From assembly GCA_965216635.1 (NCBI GenBank), contig OZ244188.1, positions 864,001-928,000 on the forward strand: a stretch of 64,000 nucleotides of DNA, in the 5' to 3' direction. The notes beneath the pieces were generated by a model that saw nothing but the letters and a program-made list of their open reading frames with translations, had not been told where the DNA came from and searched no databases. Position numbers and translations under genes: made by a program. Shown piece after piece: positions 38,683 through 50,803 of this stretch. This stretch comes from a bacterium (lineage in GTDB: Bacteria > SAR324 > XYD2-FULL-50-16 > G965216635). How positions within the stretch are numbered: the stretch's first letter is position 1; each line of letters begins with the position of its first letter.

Positions 38683-40578
38683 ATGATACAGATAGAATTT
38701 GATAATAAGCAGCTGGAGTTAGCTCAAGAATGCTCTGTAGCAGATTTGATAAAGGAGCAACCGAATAGGCATACAGTTCTTGGTGCTTTAATTAACGGAG
38801 AGTCCAAAGATTTATCTGCGGTGGTTCAAAATAACGACAAAGTAACCTTGCTGAAATTTGAAAACCCTGAAGGGCAGTATATGTTTTGGCATACTTCGGC
38901 TCATGTTTTGGCTCAAGCGATTTTAAGACTTTACCCTGAGGCTCAGCCTACAATAGGTCCTCCTATTGAGGAGGGGTTTTATTACGATTTTTCAAACTTG
39001 GATTTTGCAGAGGGAGATTTTGAAAAGTTAGAGCAAGAAATTGCAAAGATTCTTAAAGAAAATTATTCTACTAACCGCATAGAATACAAAAATAAAGAGG
39101 AGGCTTTGGCGGTTTTTGAAAAAAACTCTTTCAAAAAAGAATTGATAGAAGAGTTTGCAGAAAATTTAAGTGCTTATCGGCAAGGGGAGTTTGTAGATCT
39201 TTGCAAGGGTCCCCATATTCCAAATTTGAGTCTTATCAAGGCTTTCAAAATTTTAAAAACATCGGGATCTTATTGGAGGGGGGATGCAAAAAACCCACAG
39301 CTGACAAGGATTTACGCTATTTCTTACCCCGATAAAAAACTACTCAAAAACTATCTTTTTCGTTTGCAAGAAGCTCAAAAAAGAGACCATCGTATTTTGG
39401 GAAAAAGATTACAATTATTTTCTTTTCATAAAGAAGCCCCTGGGATGCCCTTGTTTCAGCCTAAAGGAATCGTTCTTTGGGATAGAATTATGGATTTTTG
39501 GAAAAGTTGCCACAAAGATACCTATCTAGAAATTAAAACTCCGATTATGCTTAACCGTGATTTATGGGTGACTTCAGGGCATTGGGAAAATTACAGAGAA
39601 AATATGTATCTTACCAATATAGACGAGATGGAATACGCCATTAAGCCTATGAATTGCCCTGGCTGTCTGCTTTATTACAATAACCAGCAGTATTCTTACA
39701 GACAACTTCCTTTACGGATTGCTGAACTAGGTTTAGTGCATCGTCACGAATTAAAAGGAGCTTTGGGAGGGCTTTTTCGGGTGCGTGCTTTTCACCAAGA
39801 CGACGCACATATTTTTATGAAACAAGAAGATATTAAGGAAGAAATATTGGGAGTGTTGAAATTGTCTGAAAAAATTTATTCTTGTTTTGGTTTGGATTTT
39901 CACTTGGAACTTTCTACTCGTCCTAAAAAATCTATCGGCACAGACGAACAGTGGGAAGTTACCACTCAAGGTTTAAGGCTGGCTTTAGAAAAAGGAGCAT
40001 ACAAATTTGTTGTCAACGAAGGAGATGGAGCTTTTTACGGTCCTAAAATTGATATGCACATCAAAGACGCTTTGGGTAGAACTTGGCAGTGTGGCACTAT
40101 TCAACTGGATATGACTTTGCCCGAAAGGTTTGATTTGGGCTATATCAATCAAGCTGGGGATAAAACCCGTCCGATTATGATTCACCGCACAATTATGGGC
40201 TCTATTGAGAGATTCACTGGAGTTTTGATTGAGCATTTTTCGGGTAGGTTTCCTTTTTGGATGTCGCCTTCACAAGTAAAAATTTTAACTGTTGCAGACA
40301 GGCACTTAGATTTTGCTAAAAAAACCCAAGAAAAACTATTGCCTGAGAATTGGGTAGTAGAAATTGATGATAATACAGAATCTATAGGAAAAAAAGTCCG
40401 TCAAGCACAAATAGAGCAGTGGAATTATATTTTAGTGATTGGAGATAAAGAAATAGAGAGTGATTCTTTTAATATCCGTACCCGCAAAAATAAACAGATT
40501 ACAGATTTAAGTTTGCAAGATTTTATTCAAAAATTAAAAGAAGAAGAAAGTACTCGTAGCCTCACTGATTTGTTTTGA
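38683..40578 (+). CDS. thrS: Threonine--tRNA ligase
   Basis: Motifs HTSAHVLAQA, GPPIEEGFYYD, DLCKGPH, RDHR, KPMNCPG, FYGPKID, MIHR. Probable start MIQIEF. Confidence 0.98.
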   Translation: MIQIEFDNKQLELAQECSVADLIKEQPNRHTVLGALINGESKDLSAVVQNNDKVTLLKFENPEGQYMFWHTSAHVLAQAILRLYPEAQPTIGPPIEEGFYYDFSNLDFAEGDFEKLEQEIAKILKENYSTNRIEYKNKEEALAVFEKNSFKKELIEEFAENLSAYRQGEFVDLCKGPHIPNLSLIKAFKILKTSGSYWRGDAKNPQLTRIYAISYPDKKLLKNYLFRLQEAQKRDHRILGKRLQLFSFHKEAPGMPLFQPKGIVLWDRIMDFWKSCHKDTYLEIKTPIMLNRDLWVTSGHWENYRENMYLTNIDEMEYAIKPMNCPGCLLYYNNQQYSYRQLPLRIAELGLVHRHELKGALGGLFRVRAFHQDDAHIFMKQEDIKEEILGVLKLSEKIYSCFGLDFHLELSTRPKKSIGTDEQWEVTTQGLRLALEKGAYKFVVNEGDGAFYGPKIDMHIKDALGRTWQCGTIQLDMTLPERFDLGYINQAGDKTRPIMIHRTIMGSIERFTGVLIEHFSGRFPFWMSPSQVKILTVADRHLDFAKKTQEKLLPENWVVEIDDNTESIGKKVRQAQIEQWNYILVIGDKEIESDSFNIRTRKNKQITDLSLQDFIQKLKEEESTRSLTDLF

Positions 40579-40649
40579 GTAGCTTTGTTTTTCTTTTTAT
40601 GTTAGTAATTACTTTATCCTTCTTCAATGAAAATTTACAAATTTAGGTA

Positions 40650-41117
40650 ATGAAAAAATTATTAGTTATACTTGGAATATTGCTGACAATTGGGTGCAGT
40701 CCACAAATTCCATCTCCTGAATCTTTGAACAAACAAATTGCTAATTTTCAATTACCAAAGTTACCCGAAGAAGGTAAAGCAATTGTATATATTGTGAGAC
40801 CTGCAAGAGTTTGGGGTGGAGTGATTAGATTTAGAGTTTATGTGGATTTATTAACAGAGAAATATAAGGTAGGTTCTACAGTTGGTGGTCAGTATATTTA
40901 CTTTAGTATTCAGCCAGGTAAACACCTAATTTTTTCAAAAGCAGAAAACACTTCTTCTATAAATGTTGATATAATTGCAGGAGACATAATTTTTTTCAAG
41001 CAAGAAGTAAATCCTGGTGGTTTTTATGCTCGCAATTCTTTAGTAAGAATACCAGAAATTGAAGGAAAATATTATATAAAAAAACTAAATCAAGGCAGGA
41101 TTTTATTCAAAAATTAA
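40650..41117 (+). CDS. DUF2846-like lipoprotein
   Basis: Lipobox-like LTIGC. 'GKAIVYIVRP', 'GGQYIYFSIQPGKH'. Confidence 0.75.
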   Translation: MKKLLVILGILLTIGCSPQIPSPESLNKQIANFQLPKLPEEGKAIVYIVRPARVWGGVIRFRVYVDLLTEKYKVGSTVGGQYIYFSIQPGKHLIFSKAENTSSINVDIIAGDIIFFKQEVNPGGFYARNSLVRIPEIEGKYYIKKLNQGRILFKN

Positions 41118-41170
41118 AAGAAGAAGAAAGTACCCGTAGCCTCATTTCTTTGTTCTGATTGGCTTTGTTT
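41095..41170 (+). repeat. Direct duplicate of the thrS 3' end (40515-40590)
   Basis: GCA(A/G)GATTTTATTCAAAAATTAAAAGAAGAAGAAAGTAC(T/C)CGTAGCCTCA is shared, and similarity continues past the thrS stop. Confidence 0.92.
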
Positions 41171-41257
41171 TGATAATGAAAGGATTTTTAACAATTTGTA
41201 ATAATGGGGTTATATTTTAGTTTTACCAGTAGGAATAAATACCATCAAAAAATTACT

Positions 41258-41404
41258 ATGGAAGCTAGAAAATCAGATCTTGTGCAGGTAAAAAATATTC
41301 GCACAAATAGATATATAAAAATTGATAGGTCTATTGGTAAAATTGTCGCCCATAAAAGAACAGAAGGAGCTTATAAAAACATTCCTTTAGCTCAAAAAAA
41401 ATAG
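41258..41404 (+). CDS. Small basic hypothetical protein
   Basis: MEARKSDLVQVKNIRTNRYIKIDRSIGKIVAHKRTEGAYKNIP looks protein-like. Family not named. Confidence 0.5.
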   Translation: MEARKSDLVQVKNIRTNRYIKIDRSIGKIVAHKRTEGAYKNIPLAQKK

Positions 41405-41561
41405 TGGTTATTTAAAAAGATCATATTTAATTACAGGAAAATTGGAGTTGAAGCAAAAAACCAAAAAATTATTAAAAGAAGTTGGTCTCGAAAAACGAGC
41501 AAAAAATTCTGTTGAATTATTAGCAGCTCAATTCTGATGGATTTTTTTTTGAAATGGGGTA

Positions 41562-41625
41562 TACCTTTGAATTTCGCTGATGTGACGGCTAGCCAAATGG
41601 TTAGAACAGGTGCGAAAAAAATTTT
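41562..41625. mobile_element. Truncated MITE-like element (one end only)
   Basis: ACCTTTGAATTTCGCTGATG...GCTAGCCAAATGGTTAGAACAGGTGCGAAAAAAATT abutting the ilvD stop. Confidence 0.75.
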
Positions 41626-43299
41626 CTATTTTTCTACAAAATCAGTTACAGCACCTAAAGACGCAGAGGTTACTTGTTTGGTATATTTTGCCAATACTCC
41701 TTTTTTTGGAACCTTATCTAATGGAGTCCAATTCGTTTTTCTTTTTTTTAATTCTTCTTCTGCTATTTCTAGTGAAATTTTACTTTTTTCTATGTCTATG
41801 ACAATACTGTCGCCTTCTTCTATAAAAGCTATCAATCCTCCGCTATAGGCTTCGGGGCTAATATGCCCTACAACAAAGCCGTGACTGCCTCCAGAAAATC
41901 TTCCGTCTGTAATCAAGGCTACATCTTTACCCAATCCTTTACCTATAATAGCTGAAGTAGGCGAGAGCATTTCCCTCATTCCAGGTCCTCCTTTAGGTCC
42001 TTCGTAGCGAATAACAATTACATCTTTTTTTTGAATTTTATCTCCTAAAATAGCTTTTAAAGCCATTTCTTCAGAATTAAAAACTCTTGCTTTGCCTTCA
42101 AAATAGTTCCCTTCTTTACCACTAATTTTAGCAACCGCTCCTTCTGTTGCTAAATTTCCATAGAGAATTTTTAAATGGCTATCTTTTTTAATAGGCATTT
42201 CAAAAGGAGCTATAATAGTTTGTTTTTCGGGGTAAAGTTTTATGTTTTCTAAATTTTCTGCGATTGTTTTTCCTGTAACAGTCAAACAATTTCCATTTAG
42301 CAAACCTTTACTTAAAAGCATTTTCATTAAAGGGCAAACTCCACCAATTTCAATTAATTCTGACATTAAATATTTCCCGCTCGGTTTTACATCAGCAAGT
42401 ACGGGAATATCTTTTCCAATGCGGGTAAAATCGTCTAGCTCTAGCTTTACCCCGACAGAATAAGCAATAGCTAATAGATGCAAAACAACATTGGTAGAAC
42501 CACCACACGCAATAGTGATGATAATTGCGTTCTCAAAGGCTTTTTTAGTAAGAATATCAGAGGGTTTAATATCTTTTTCTATGAGTTGCTTAATCGCCAT
42601 TCCAGCCCTTTGACAATCACTTGTTTTTTCTACAGATTCGGCTTCTTGCGAGGAACTATTGGTAAGGCTCAAACCCAAAGATTCAATGGCTGTTGCCATA
42701 CTATTAGCAGTATACATCCCTCCACAAGAACCAGCCCCCGGTATTGCTTTTTTTTCTACTTCTCGTAGTTCTTCTTCACTAATTTCTTTTTGAGAGTATT
42801 TTCCTACAGCTTCAAAAACACTTACAATATCTGTTCTGTCAGCACCAGGGCGAATACTTCCTCCGTAGATAAAAATAGAGGGGCGATTAAGTCTTGCCAT
42901 AGCCATCACACACCCCGGCATATTCTTATCGCAGCCTCCAATAGTTATTAATCCATCAAACCCTTGTGCTCCAGCCACTGTTTCAATAGAATCGGCAATA
43001 ACTTCTCTGGAAACTAAAGAATAACGCATACCGCTAGTTCCCATAGAAATACCATCGGATACTGTAATTGTATTGAAGGGAACAGCTTTACAATTTGAAC
43101 CTTCAATTCCTTTTTGGGCTTCTTTTGCTAAACGGTCTATGTGCATATTGCAGGGGGTAACCATACTCCAAGTGGAGGCTATACCTACAACCGATTTTTT
43201 AAAATCTTCGTCTCGAAAGCCGACGGCTCGGAGCATTGAACGAGATGGGGCTTTATCGTAACCGTCTACTATTTCGCTAGAGTATTTTCTTTGTGTCAT
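41626..43299 (-). CDS. ilvD: Dihydroxy-acid dehydratase
   Basis: Motifs [49 protein letters not shown]. Confidence 0.97.
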   Translation of the reverse strand: MTQRKYSSEIVDGYDKAPSRSMLRAVGFRDEDFKKSVVGIASTWSMVTPCNMHIDRLAKEAQKGIEGSNCKAVPFNTITVSDGISMGTSGMRYSLVSREVIADSIETVAGAQGFDGLITIGGCDKNMPGCVMAMARLNRPSIFIYGGSIRPGADRTDIVSVFEAVGKYSQKEISEEELREVEKKAIPGAGSCGGMYTANSMATAIESLGLSLTNSSSQEAESVEKTSDCQRAGMAIKQLIEKDIKPSDILTKKAFENAIIITIACGGSTNVVLHLLAIAYSVGVKLELDDFTRIGKDIPVLADVKPSGKYLMSELIEIGGVCPLMKMLLSKGLLNGNCLTVTGKTIAENLENIKLYPEKQTIIAPFEMPIKKDSHLKILYGNLATEGAVAKISGKEGNYFEGKARVFNSEEMALKAILGDKIQKKDVIVIRYEGPKGGPGMREMLSPTSAIIGKGLGKDVALITDGRFSGGSHGFVVGHISPEAYSGGLIAFIEEGDSIVIDIEKSKISLEIAEEELKKRKTNWTPLDKVPKKGVLAKYTKQVTSASLGAVTDFVEK

Positions 43300-43327
43300 T
43301 TTTTTCTATTGTTTGATTTTTGTTGTT

Positions 43328-44190
43328 TCAATTATTTAGAGGATCTTTTAAATGCTCTAAAATTATAGGCAAATTATAGTGTTTTACTAGAGCCTGGGTT
43401 CTTTGAAAATTTCTATTAGTTTTGCTTCTTTTGTAAAGAATAATTTTTGCTTTTTTCTTTGATAAATATCCATAAGTAAGGGCTTGAAAAATATTGTCTT
43501 TGTAGTTTGAGTTATCGTAGCCCATTTCAATGGCGTAGGTTTCTGTTTCGCAATCAGATTTTAAAAATTTAGCATACTTTGGGGCGTTTTTATCATTATG
43601 AAAGTCATATCTTACTTCTTGTATGCCTCCAATTTTATCGCAGTAAATTTTATTTGCTTCTTTTTCACCTTTTTTCCTTTTTTTTAATCCACTGATTTTT
43701 TTTTCTTGTTTGAATTTTTTAAAACTACTTATTTGTTTTTCATGTGTTTGTTTTTTCTTTTTGAATTTTCTTTTTTCAAATTCTAATGGAGGCAGCATTA
43801 CCTCTAAAGCTATGGGAAGTTTATAAAAAATTATCACTTCTTTCAATCTTTTGAATTGATTGCTTTTTTTTCCTCTCTTTGAATAAAGAATAATTTTTGG
43901 CTTTTTCTTCGTCAGATAAGAGCCTCGTAGTGCGAAATAAAGCGCATTTGTATAACCTACTTCTCTAGTCACCTCTATAGCATAAATATTTGTTATGCAG
44001 TCTACTTTTACCTTTTTACTTCCTAAAAAATAATATTTTTTTTCAAATTTTCCATTCAATCTGTGGCATATAATTTCATTTGCTTCTCTTAAACTCCCTC
44101 TTTTCTTTTGCTCTGCTAAAATAAACTCACTAAACAAACCCAGTAAAAACAAGCCGGCTATACTTTTTGTAAAATAGGGAGCTATAGTCA

Positions 44191-44191
<1 letters not shown>
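43328..44191 (-). CDS. Exported hypothetical protein with two tandem PD-(D/E)XK-like repeats
   Basis: Signal-like N-terminus. Repeats 'EANEIIC..G..E..Y...DC.T..YAIE...KKKPKIILY' and 'EANKIYC..G..E.RY...DCETETYAIE...QALTY...KKKAKIILY'. Confidence 0.6.
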
Positions 44192-45207
<1,016 letters not shown>

Positions 45208-45345
45208 TTAAAGATTTTTATACAAAATCTAATTAAAATTTAATTTAAAATAAATTTTAATTTTATGCAAATTTATTGTTTACTTTAAAAAAAAAAAAGT
45301 TTATAATTAAAAGTTTATAATTGAAAGTTTATTTATTATATTTGT

Positions 45346-47037
45346 ATGAAAAAAATATCTATTAGCTTTTTGTGGGTTGTTTTTTTAATTCAGACACTCA
45401 TACCGTTTTCAAATACACGGGCTGCAGAACTACCTAAAAATATAAAATGGCAGACGGCTTCGCATGAACCTTTTCTTTCTTCTAATAAAGCAAAAAAAGG
45501 GGGAACTTATCGTAATTATATTTCAAGCTATCCTAGCACCTTCCGTTTATATGGACCCAATAGCAATACTGGAGGTTTTGTGGGTTATAATAGGGCTTAT
45601 TCTTTTTGGAGCCTAGTTACCAGACATCCTAATACTTCTAAATTTCTTCCAGAATTAGCAACTCATTGGTATCTGGCAAAGGATCAAAAAACTGCTTATT
45701 TTAAGTTAAATCAAAAGGCTCTTTGGTCCGACGGTGAAAAAATTATTGCAGATGATTATCTTTTTAATTTTGAATTTTTAAAATCTAAATTTATTCAGGC
45801 TCCTTTTTACAATCAATACATCAGAGAAAATATAGCTTCTGTAGAAAAAATAGACGATTATACCATCAAAGTTGTTAGTGTTAAACCAAGTTGGAGATTG
45901 TTAGAGATAGTCAATCTCACCCCTACCCCTCGGCATGCAACAAAATTAGATAAAGACTGGGTAAAAAGAACTCAGTGGCAATCTATTGTTGTGCCGGGAC
46001 CTTATGTTTTGAAAAAATTTAAAAAAAATCAATTTATAGAGTTTCATCGTATTAAAAATTGGTGGGGGAAAAACGAACCAGAATATAAAAACAAGTTCAA
46101 CTTTAATGTGTTACGATTGGATGTTATTCGCAACGAAGCTATAGCCTACGAAGTATTTAAAAAAGGTAAGTTAAGTGTATTTTCCCCCACAGAAGTTCAA
46201 TGGACTAAGGAAACGAATACAGCTGCAATCAAAAAAGGTAACATTTTAAAACATAAATATCCTATAGATGTTTGGACTGGAATTAGAGGAATTATGTTTA
46301 ATACTCAAGATAAAATTTGGTCAAATGTTGTTTTAAGACAAGCTCTGGCTTATACGATTGATTTTGAACAGATCAATAAAAATCAACTCTACAGCTTAAA
46401 TCAAAGGAAAAATAATTTTTTTGATGTGGACCCTCCTTATAAACTAAAAAGAAAAACATACGGGTTTAATTTACAGAAAAGCAATCAAATTCTAGAGCAA
46501 GCAGGATGGAAAAGGTCTAATAAAGATGGTGGTATCCGCTACAAGGACGGGAAAAAACTAACTTTAAGAGTTTTCTATGGAAGTAGTAGGCATAATCCTT
46601 ACCTTGGTACTATAAAGAATAACGCCTTGAAAGCAGGTATCAATTTAGAATTAGTTCTACAGGATGGTGCAGCTTTTTTTCAATCTTTAGAATCTGGAAA
46701 CTATCAGGCTGTAGTGTTATTTTTCGGTGGAGGTAGATATCCGTCTCCTCGTCAATTTTTGCATACAGAAAACAAAAAATCTGGTACAAATAATATTTTT
46801 CTTTTTGGTAATGAAAAACTAGATCAACTGATTGATATTTATGAATTTGATCTCAAAGAAAAGAAAAGAATTGTTGCTATCCAAGAAATTGAAAAAATTG
46901 CCCACGAAAATGTTTTGCTGATTCATTTTTGGGAAAGGCCTTTTGAGCTTTTCTTACGCCATAAGCAAATTCAAGCTCCTCCTTCTTTAGGAACGAAAAG
47001 AGGGATTGATTACGACCTTTTGTGGTATGCAAAGTAA
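45346..47037 (+). CDS. ABC transporter substrate-binding protein, family 5 (YejA/OppA-like)
   Basis: 'AKKGG', 'PELATHW', 'WSDGEKIIADD', 'GPYVL', 'LRQALAY', 'LEQAGW', and a signal peptide. Confidence 0.88.
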   Translation: MKKISISFLWVVFLIQTLIPFSNTRAAELPKNIKWQTASHEPFLSSNKAKKGGTYRNYISSYPSTFRLYGPNSNTGGFVGYNRAYSFWSLVTRHPNTSKFLPELATHWYLAKDQKTAYFKLNQKALWSDGEKIIADDYLFNFEFLKSKFIQAPFYNQYIRENIASVEKIDDYTIKVVSVKPSWRLLEIVNLTPTPRHATKLDKDWVKRTQWQSIVVPGPYVLKKFKKNQFIEFHRIKNWWGKNEPEYKNKFNFNVLRLDVIRNEAIAYEVFKKGKLSVFSPTEVQWTKETNTAAIKKGNILKHKYPIDVWTGIRGIMFNTQDKIWSNVVLRQALAYTIDFEQINKNQLYSLNQRKNNFFDVDPPYKLKRKTYGFNLQKSNQILEQAGWKRSNKDGGIRYKDGKKLTLRVFYGSSRHNPYLGTIKNNALKAGINLELVLQDGAAFFQSLESGNYQAVVLFFGGGRYPSPRQFLHTENKKSGTNNIFLFGNEKLDQLIDIYEFDLKEKKRIVAIQEIEKIAHENVLLIHFWERPFELFLRHKQIQAPPSLGTKRGIDYDLLWYAK

Positions 47038-47090
47038 AACCCACTCCTCTAAAATGGAAAAGTGGGTAAAATAGGCTTTTATAAAACCTA

Positions 47091-47492
47091 TAAACCTTTG
47101 AATTTCGCTGATACTTCCCACTATTGGGGCTAGCCAAATGGTTAGAACAGGTGCAAAAAAAATTTTTGGGTCGCTGGAATATCGTAACGCCACAACAATG
47201 GGATCAAGGGCACTACAAAAATCGCATAATCCAAAAAAGAAATGTAAAAGAGCCAGTGGCTCTTTTACTAACCCTTATGAAACAGATAGCAAAAGAAAAG
47301 TATTTCAAGGGACAAAATTTTTTTTAATTAATGGCGTAGTGCCACAATAATGGGATCAAGGCACTATAAACCTTACATTAAGCAAGAATAAACTGTGAAA
47401 CAGCCCTTTGGCTGTTTCACAAATAGCCCATAAAAAACGTCAAGCAATAAGCTTGCTTTGGCTAAACTTTGGTAAGCAAATTCAAAAGTCTA
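47091..47492. mobile_element. Longest MITE-like element copy, with a duplicated internal hairpin module
   Basis: Ends ACCTTTGAATTTCG / CAAATTCAAAAGTCTA. Two copies of the GCCACAA..ATGGGATCAAGGCACTA module and one AAAAGAGCCAGTGGCTCTTTT hairpin. Confidence 0.8.
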
Positions 47493-47527
47493 ACCTATTT
47501 AGTAGCAACTTTATGAATTAGTGTTAT

Positions 47528-47806
47528 CTAATTCAAAGCACTTTTTAGTTTAGAGGAGGCTTTAAATTTAGGTACCATTGCTGCTGGTATCTTAATTTTT
47601 TCTCCTGTCTTAGGATTTCTTCCTTCTCTTGCTAGTCTTTTTTTAGATGTAAAACTACCAAAACCCACTAAAGTAATGGATTGACCTTTTTTGAGACCTG
47701 CAATTATATTTTCTACTACAGAATCTAAAGCTTTTTCTGCTACGCTTTTGCTAATATCAGCATCGCTAGCAATGCTAGATACTAATTCAGCTTTTGTTAA
47801 ATTCAT
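47528..47806 (-). CDS. hup: HU DNA-binding protein
   Basis: Motifs TKAELV, LVGFGSF, REGRNPKTGEKIKIPA. Confidence 0.96.
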   Translation of the reverse strand: MNLTKAELVSSIASDADISKSVAEKALDSVVENIIAGLKKGQSITLVGFGSFTSKKRLAREGRNPKTGEKIKIPAAMVPKFKASSKLKSALN

Positions 47807-47910
47807 AATCGTATATTTAGTTTATTATTGAAATTAAAACACAGATTGGTTACTATTTAGCCAAAAATTGGCTAGATATAAACCATAAATAAGAATCAAA
47901 AAGTCTCTTA

Positions 47911-48186
47911 TAGACCTTTGAATTTCGCTGATGCTTAACTATCGGGGCTAACCAAATGGTTAGAACAGGTGCGAAAAAAATTTTTAGCTCGCTGGAATAT
48001 CGTAGTGCCACAACAACGAGAGCAGGGAACTACAAAAATCGCATAATCCAAAAAAGAAATGTAAAAGAGCCAGTGGCTCTTTTACTATAACCCTTATGAA
48101 ATAGATAGCAAAAGAAAAATATTTCAAGAGTTAAAAATTTTCTTCAACGCTGCATAGTCTAAACAGAATGCAAATTCAAAAATCTA
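47911..48186. mobile_element. MITE-like palindromic element copy
   Basis: Ends TAGACCTTTGAATTTCG / GCAAATTCAAAAATCTA, with the same internal modules as the 47091 copy. Confidence 0.8.
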
Positions 48187-48238
48187 TCTTATTTACAAGA
48201 CTTTAACTCAATTTATACTAATTTTTTAAAAATAACAA

Positions 48239-49018
48239 GTGATTTTTCAAATATTTAATAAAACAGGCGCATTTTTTTTACTAAAAATCTCTACTTTGGG
48301 TAAAATTGGAGTATTATTATGCGAATCCATTCTTGCCTTATTTGTTCCTCCTTTTCGTTTTAAAATTTTTATTAAACAACTAGAATTTATCGGTAACCGT
48401 TCTTTATCCATTGTTTTATTTACGGCAATGTTTACAGGAATGGTTTTATCTTTGCAAATGTATGAAGCTCTAAGAAAATTTCAATCGGAAAGCCTAGTAG
48501 GAGGTATTGTTGCTCTTTCTCTTACCAAAGAACTGGCACCTGTACTTACTGCTTTAATGGTCACTTCCAGAGCAGGCTCAGCTATAGCTGCTGAAATTGG
48601 TAGCATGAGAGTCACCGAGCAAATAGATGCCTTAGAGGCTATGGCAGTCAATTCGGTGCAATATCTTATTACTCCTAGGATTTTTGCAGGTTTTATTATG
48701 TTACCTATATTGACTATCATCGCAGATGTTGTGGGCGTTATAGGTGGTTATTTGATAGCAGTCTTGTTGTTGAATCTGGATGCAGGTTTGTATTTTAGTA
48801 AAATTATTGATTTAGTTGATATTGCTGATATTCTAGGTGGCTTACTGAAAGCATCTGTTTTTGGTATTTTACTCACTTTTATTGGTAGTTATTTTGGCTA
48901 TACTGCCTCAGGAGGAGCTCAGGGGGTAGGAAATGCCACGACGAAAGCTGTTGTATCTTCTGCCGTGGCGATATTAGCTACAGATTATATTATTACTTCT
49001 TTTTTAATTAGAATTTAA
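48239..49018 (+). CDS. mlaE: MlaE-family lipid ABC transporter permease
   Basis: Motifs KELAPVLTAL, RAGSAIAAEIGSMRVTEQIDALE, GGAQGVGNATT. Confidence 0.93.
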   Translation: MIFQIFNKTGAFFLLKISTLGKIGVLLCESILALFVPPFRFKIFIKQLEFIGNRSLSIVLFTAMFTGMVLSLQMYEALRKFQSESLVGGIVALSLTKELAPVLTALMVTSRAGSAIAAEIGSMRVTEQIDALEAMAVNSVQYLITPRIFAGFIMLPILTIIADVVGVIGGYLIAVLLLNLDAGLYFSKIIDLVDIADILGGLLKASVFGILLTFIGSYFGYTASGGAQGVGNATTKAVVSSAVAILATDYIITSFLIRI

Positions 49019-49022
49019 TAGA

Positions 49023-49793
49023 TTGCGATATAGTATGATATTTTTTGATTACTTTCAGATTCTTTGGACAGATTTAGTGGACCTTGTGATACTATTTCTG
49101 TTAATTTATAATATCATTCTTCTCCTACAAGGAACCCGTTCTGTTCAAATATTAATAGGTTTTATAGCTCTGATTGCGCTTTTTTATGCTGCTAAATTTT
49201 TAGAGTTAAATTCCACTTTATGGATACTAAAAAACTTTTTCCAATATATTGTTATTATTATTATTATTATTTTTCAAACGGACATCCGCAACACCCTAGC
49301 CAAATTCGGAAGAACGAGAATTTTAAAAAAAAACAGAAAAATCAACCTTATAGATATTATCCGTATTACCAGAACGCTGGAGATTGCACAACAAACGAAT
49401 ACGGGAATGATAATCGTTTTTGAGCAACAAATAGGCTTGGGAGAATATATTAAGACAGGCGTAAATATCCACGGAGCAATTTCTAGTCCATTATTATTGA
49501 GTATTTTTAACACAAAATCTCCCATGCACGACGGTGCAGTTATTATAGATACTAATTTTTCTATAGCTGCTGCTAGTTGCATTTTGCCGCTTACCTCTAG
49601 AATTGATTTGCGTGCAAAATATGGTACTAGGCATAGAGCTGCTATTGGTTTATCTGAGATTTGCGATGCCTTGATTTTTGTTGTTAGTGAAGAAAGTGCT
49701 CAAATCACTCTTTTTCATGGAGAAAAGATAATAGAAAATTTAAATACCAATAAAGTAGAAGATATATTGAAAAATCATCTCTTGAAAAAATAA
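49023..49793 (+). CDS. cdaA: Diadenylate cyclase CdaA (DacA)
   Basis: Three N-terminal TM helices and DAC motifs HDGA, GTRHRAA, VSEE. Confidence 0.93.
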   Translation: MRYSMIFFDYFQILWTDLVDLVILFLLIYNIILLLQGTRSVQILIGFIALIALFYAAKFLELNSTLWILKNFFQYIVIIIIIIFQTDIRNTLAKFGRTRILKKNRKINLIDIIRITRTLEIAQQTNTGMIIVFEQQIGLGEYIKTGVNIHGAISSPLLLSIFNTKSPMHDGAVIIDTNFSIAAASCILPLTSRIDLRAKYGTRHRAAIGLSEICDALIFVVSEESAQITLFHGEKIIENLNTNKVEDILKNHLLKK

Positions 49794-50794
49794 TGCAAAA
49801 AAAATTTATTTTTCCAAAAATAAAAAAAATATTAGGCTGGAGACTGCTATCTAGCTTTTTTATAAAAAACTTTCCACAAAAAATAGCTGCGGTTATTTTA
49901 GCCATAGTCATTTGGGTGTTTGTTGGCAACCAAAACCCTTTAGATACTACAGAATATCAAATTTCGGTACCTATTTCTTATACTAATATTCCTAAAGATT
50001 TAGCTGTAGTTAGTCCATTAGTAGAAAATGTAAATTTTAGAGTAACTGCTCAAAAACAAGACCGTTCTTCTATAAAGCCATCTAATTTTCAAGTCATTGT
50101 GGACTTGCAAAAAATCCAAGAAGGAGAGAATGAAATTTTACTTACATCTTCTCTTATTCAAAGTGATGTTAATTACAACCTTATTGCTCTTCTTCCCAAT
50201 CGACTCAATATTGTAACAGAGCCTACAGTGGAAAAAATAGTTCCCATTCGGATTACACTTGTAGATAATTTAGGAGATAATACAGTGATTATAGAAATTC
50301 AAAAAACGCCTAATTTTGTTTCTATTAAAGGAGCTAGATCAATCGTAAAAAACCTAGAATACATAGAGACATTGCCTGTAGAAATTGCCAATGATAGAAT
50401 AAGTTCTGAAAATTCGTATGAATTTGTTGTTAGTCTACAACCTCCTCCTAATGTTATTCTTTTAGAGACGATTGAAAATGTTTCAGGCACTATTTTTTTG
50501 GGAGCAGAGGTAGGTAATTTATTGGTAGAAAATGTTCCAGTATTTACGGCAGGAGGCTCCTTTGAGACCCGTATTAATCCAAAAATAATCAATCTTTTAT
50601 TATCAGGAGCAAAACCTATTCTTCAAAAAATCAACAAAAAAAACATTAAAGCCTATATCCGTTTAAGTAATTATAAACCCGGTAAATACGTAATTAAAGA
50701 TTTTGATTTAAATTTGTCTTCAGAGATTCTTATTAAAAGAGCTTGGCCTCCCATAGATGTATGGATTTTAGAAAATAAAAAAAAACAACCTTAA
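49793..50794 (+). CDS. cdaR: CdaR/YbbR-like regulator
   Basis: Coupled to cdaA. 'KIAAVILAIVIWVFV' TM followed by YbbR-like repeats. Confidence 0.8.
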   Translation: MQKKFIFPKIKKILGWRLLSSFFIKNFPQKIAAVILAIVIWVFVGNQNPLDTTEYQISVPISYTNIPKDLAVVSPLVENVNFRVTAQKQDRSSIKPSNFQVIVDLQKIQEGENEILLTSSLIQSDVNYNLIALLPNRLNIVTEPTVEKIVPIRITLVDNLGDNTVIIEIQKTPNFVSIKGARSIVKNLEYIETLPVEIANDRISSENSYEFVVSLQPPPNVILLETIENVSGTIFLGAEVGNLLVENVPVFTAGGSFETRINPKIINLLLSGAKPILQKINKKNIKAYIRLSNYKPGKYVIKDFDLNLSSEILIKRAWPPIDVWILENKKKQP

Positions 50795-50803
50795 GCGTTG
50801 AAT

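Noticed and set aside
47038..47070. Rho-independent terminator (ACCCACT...AGTGGGT)
   Set aside because: The loop is long and imperfect and there is no clear U-tract, so support is too weak.
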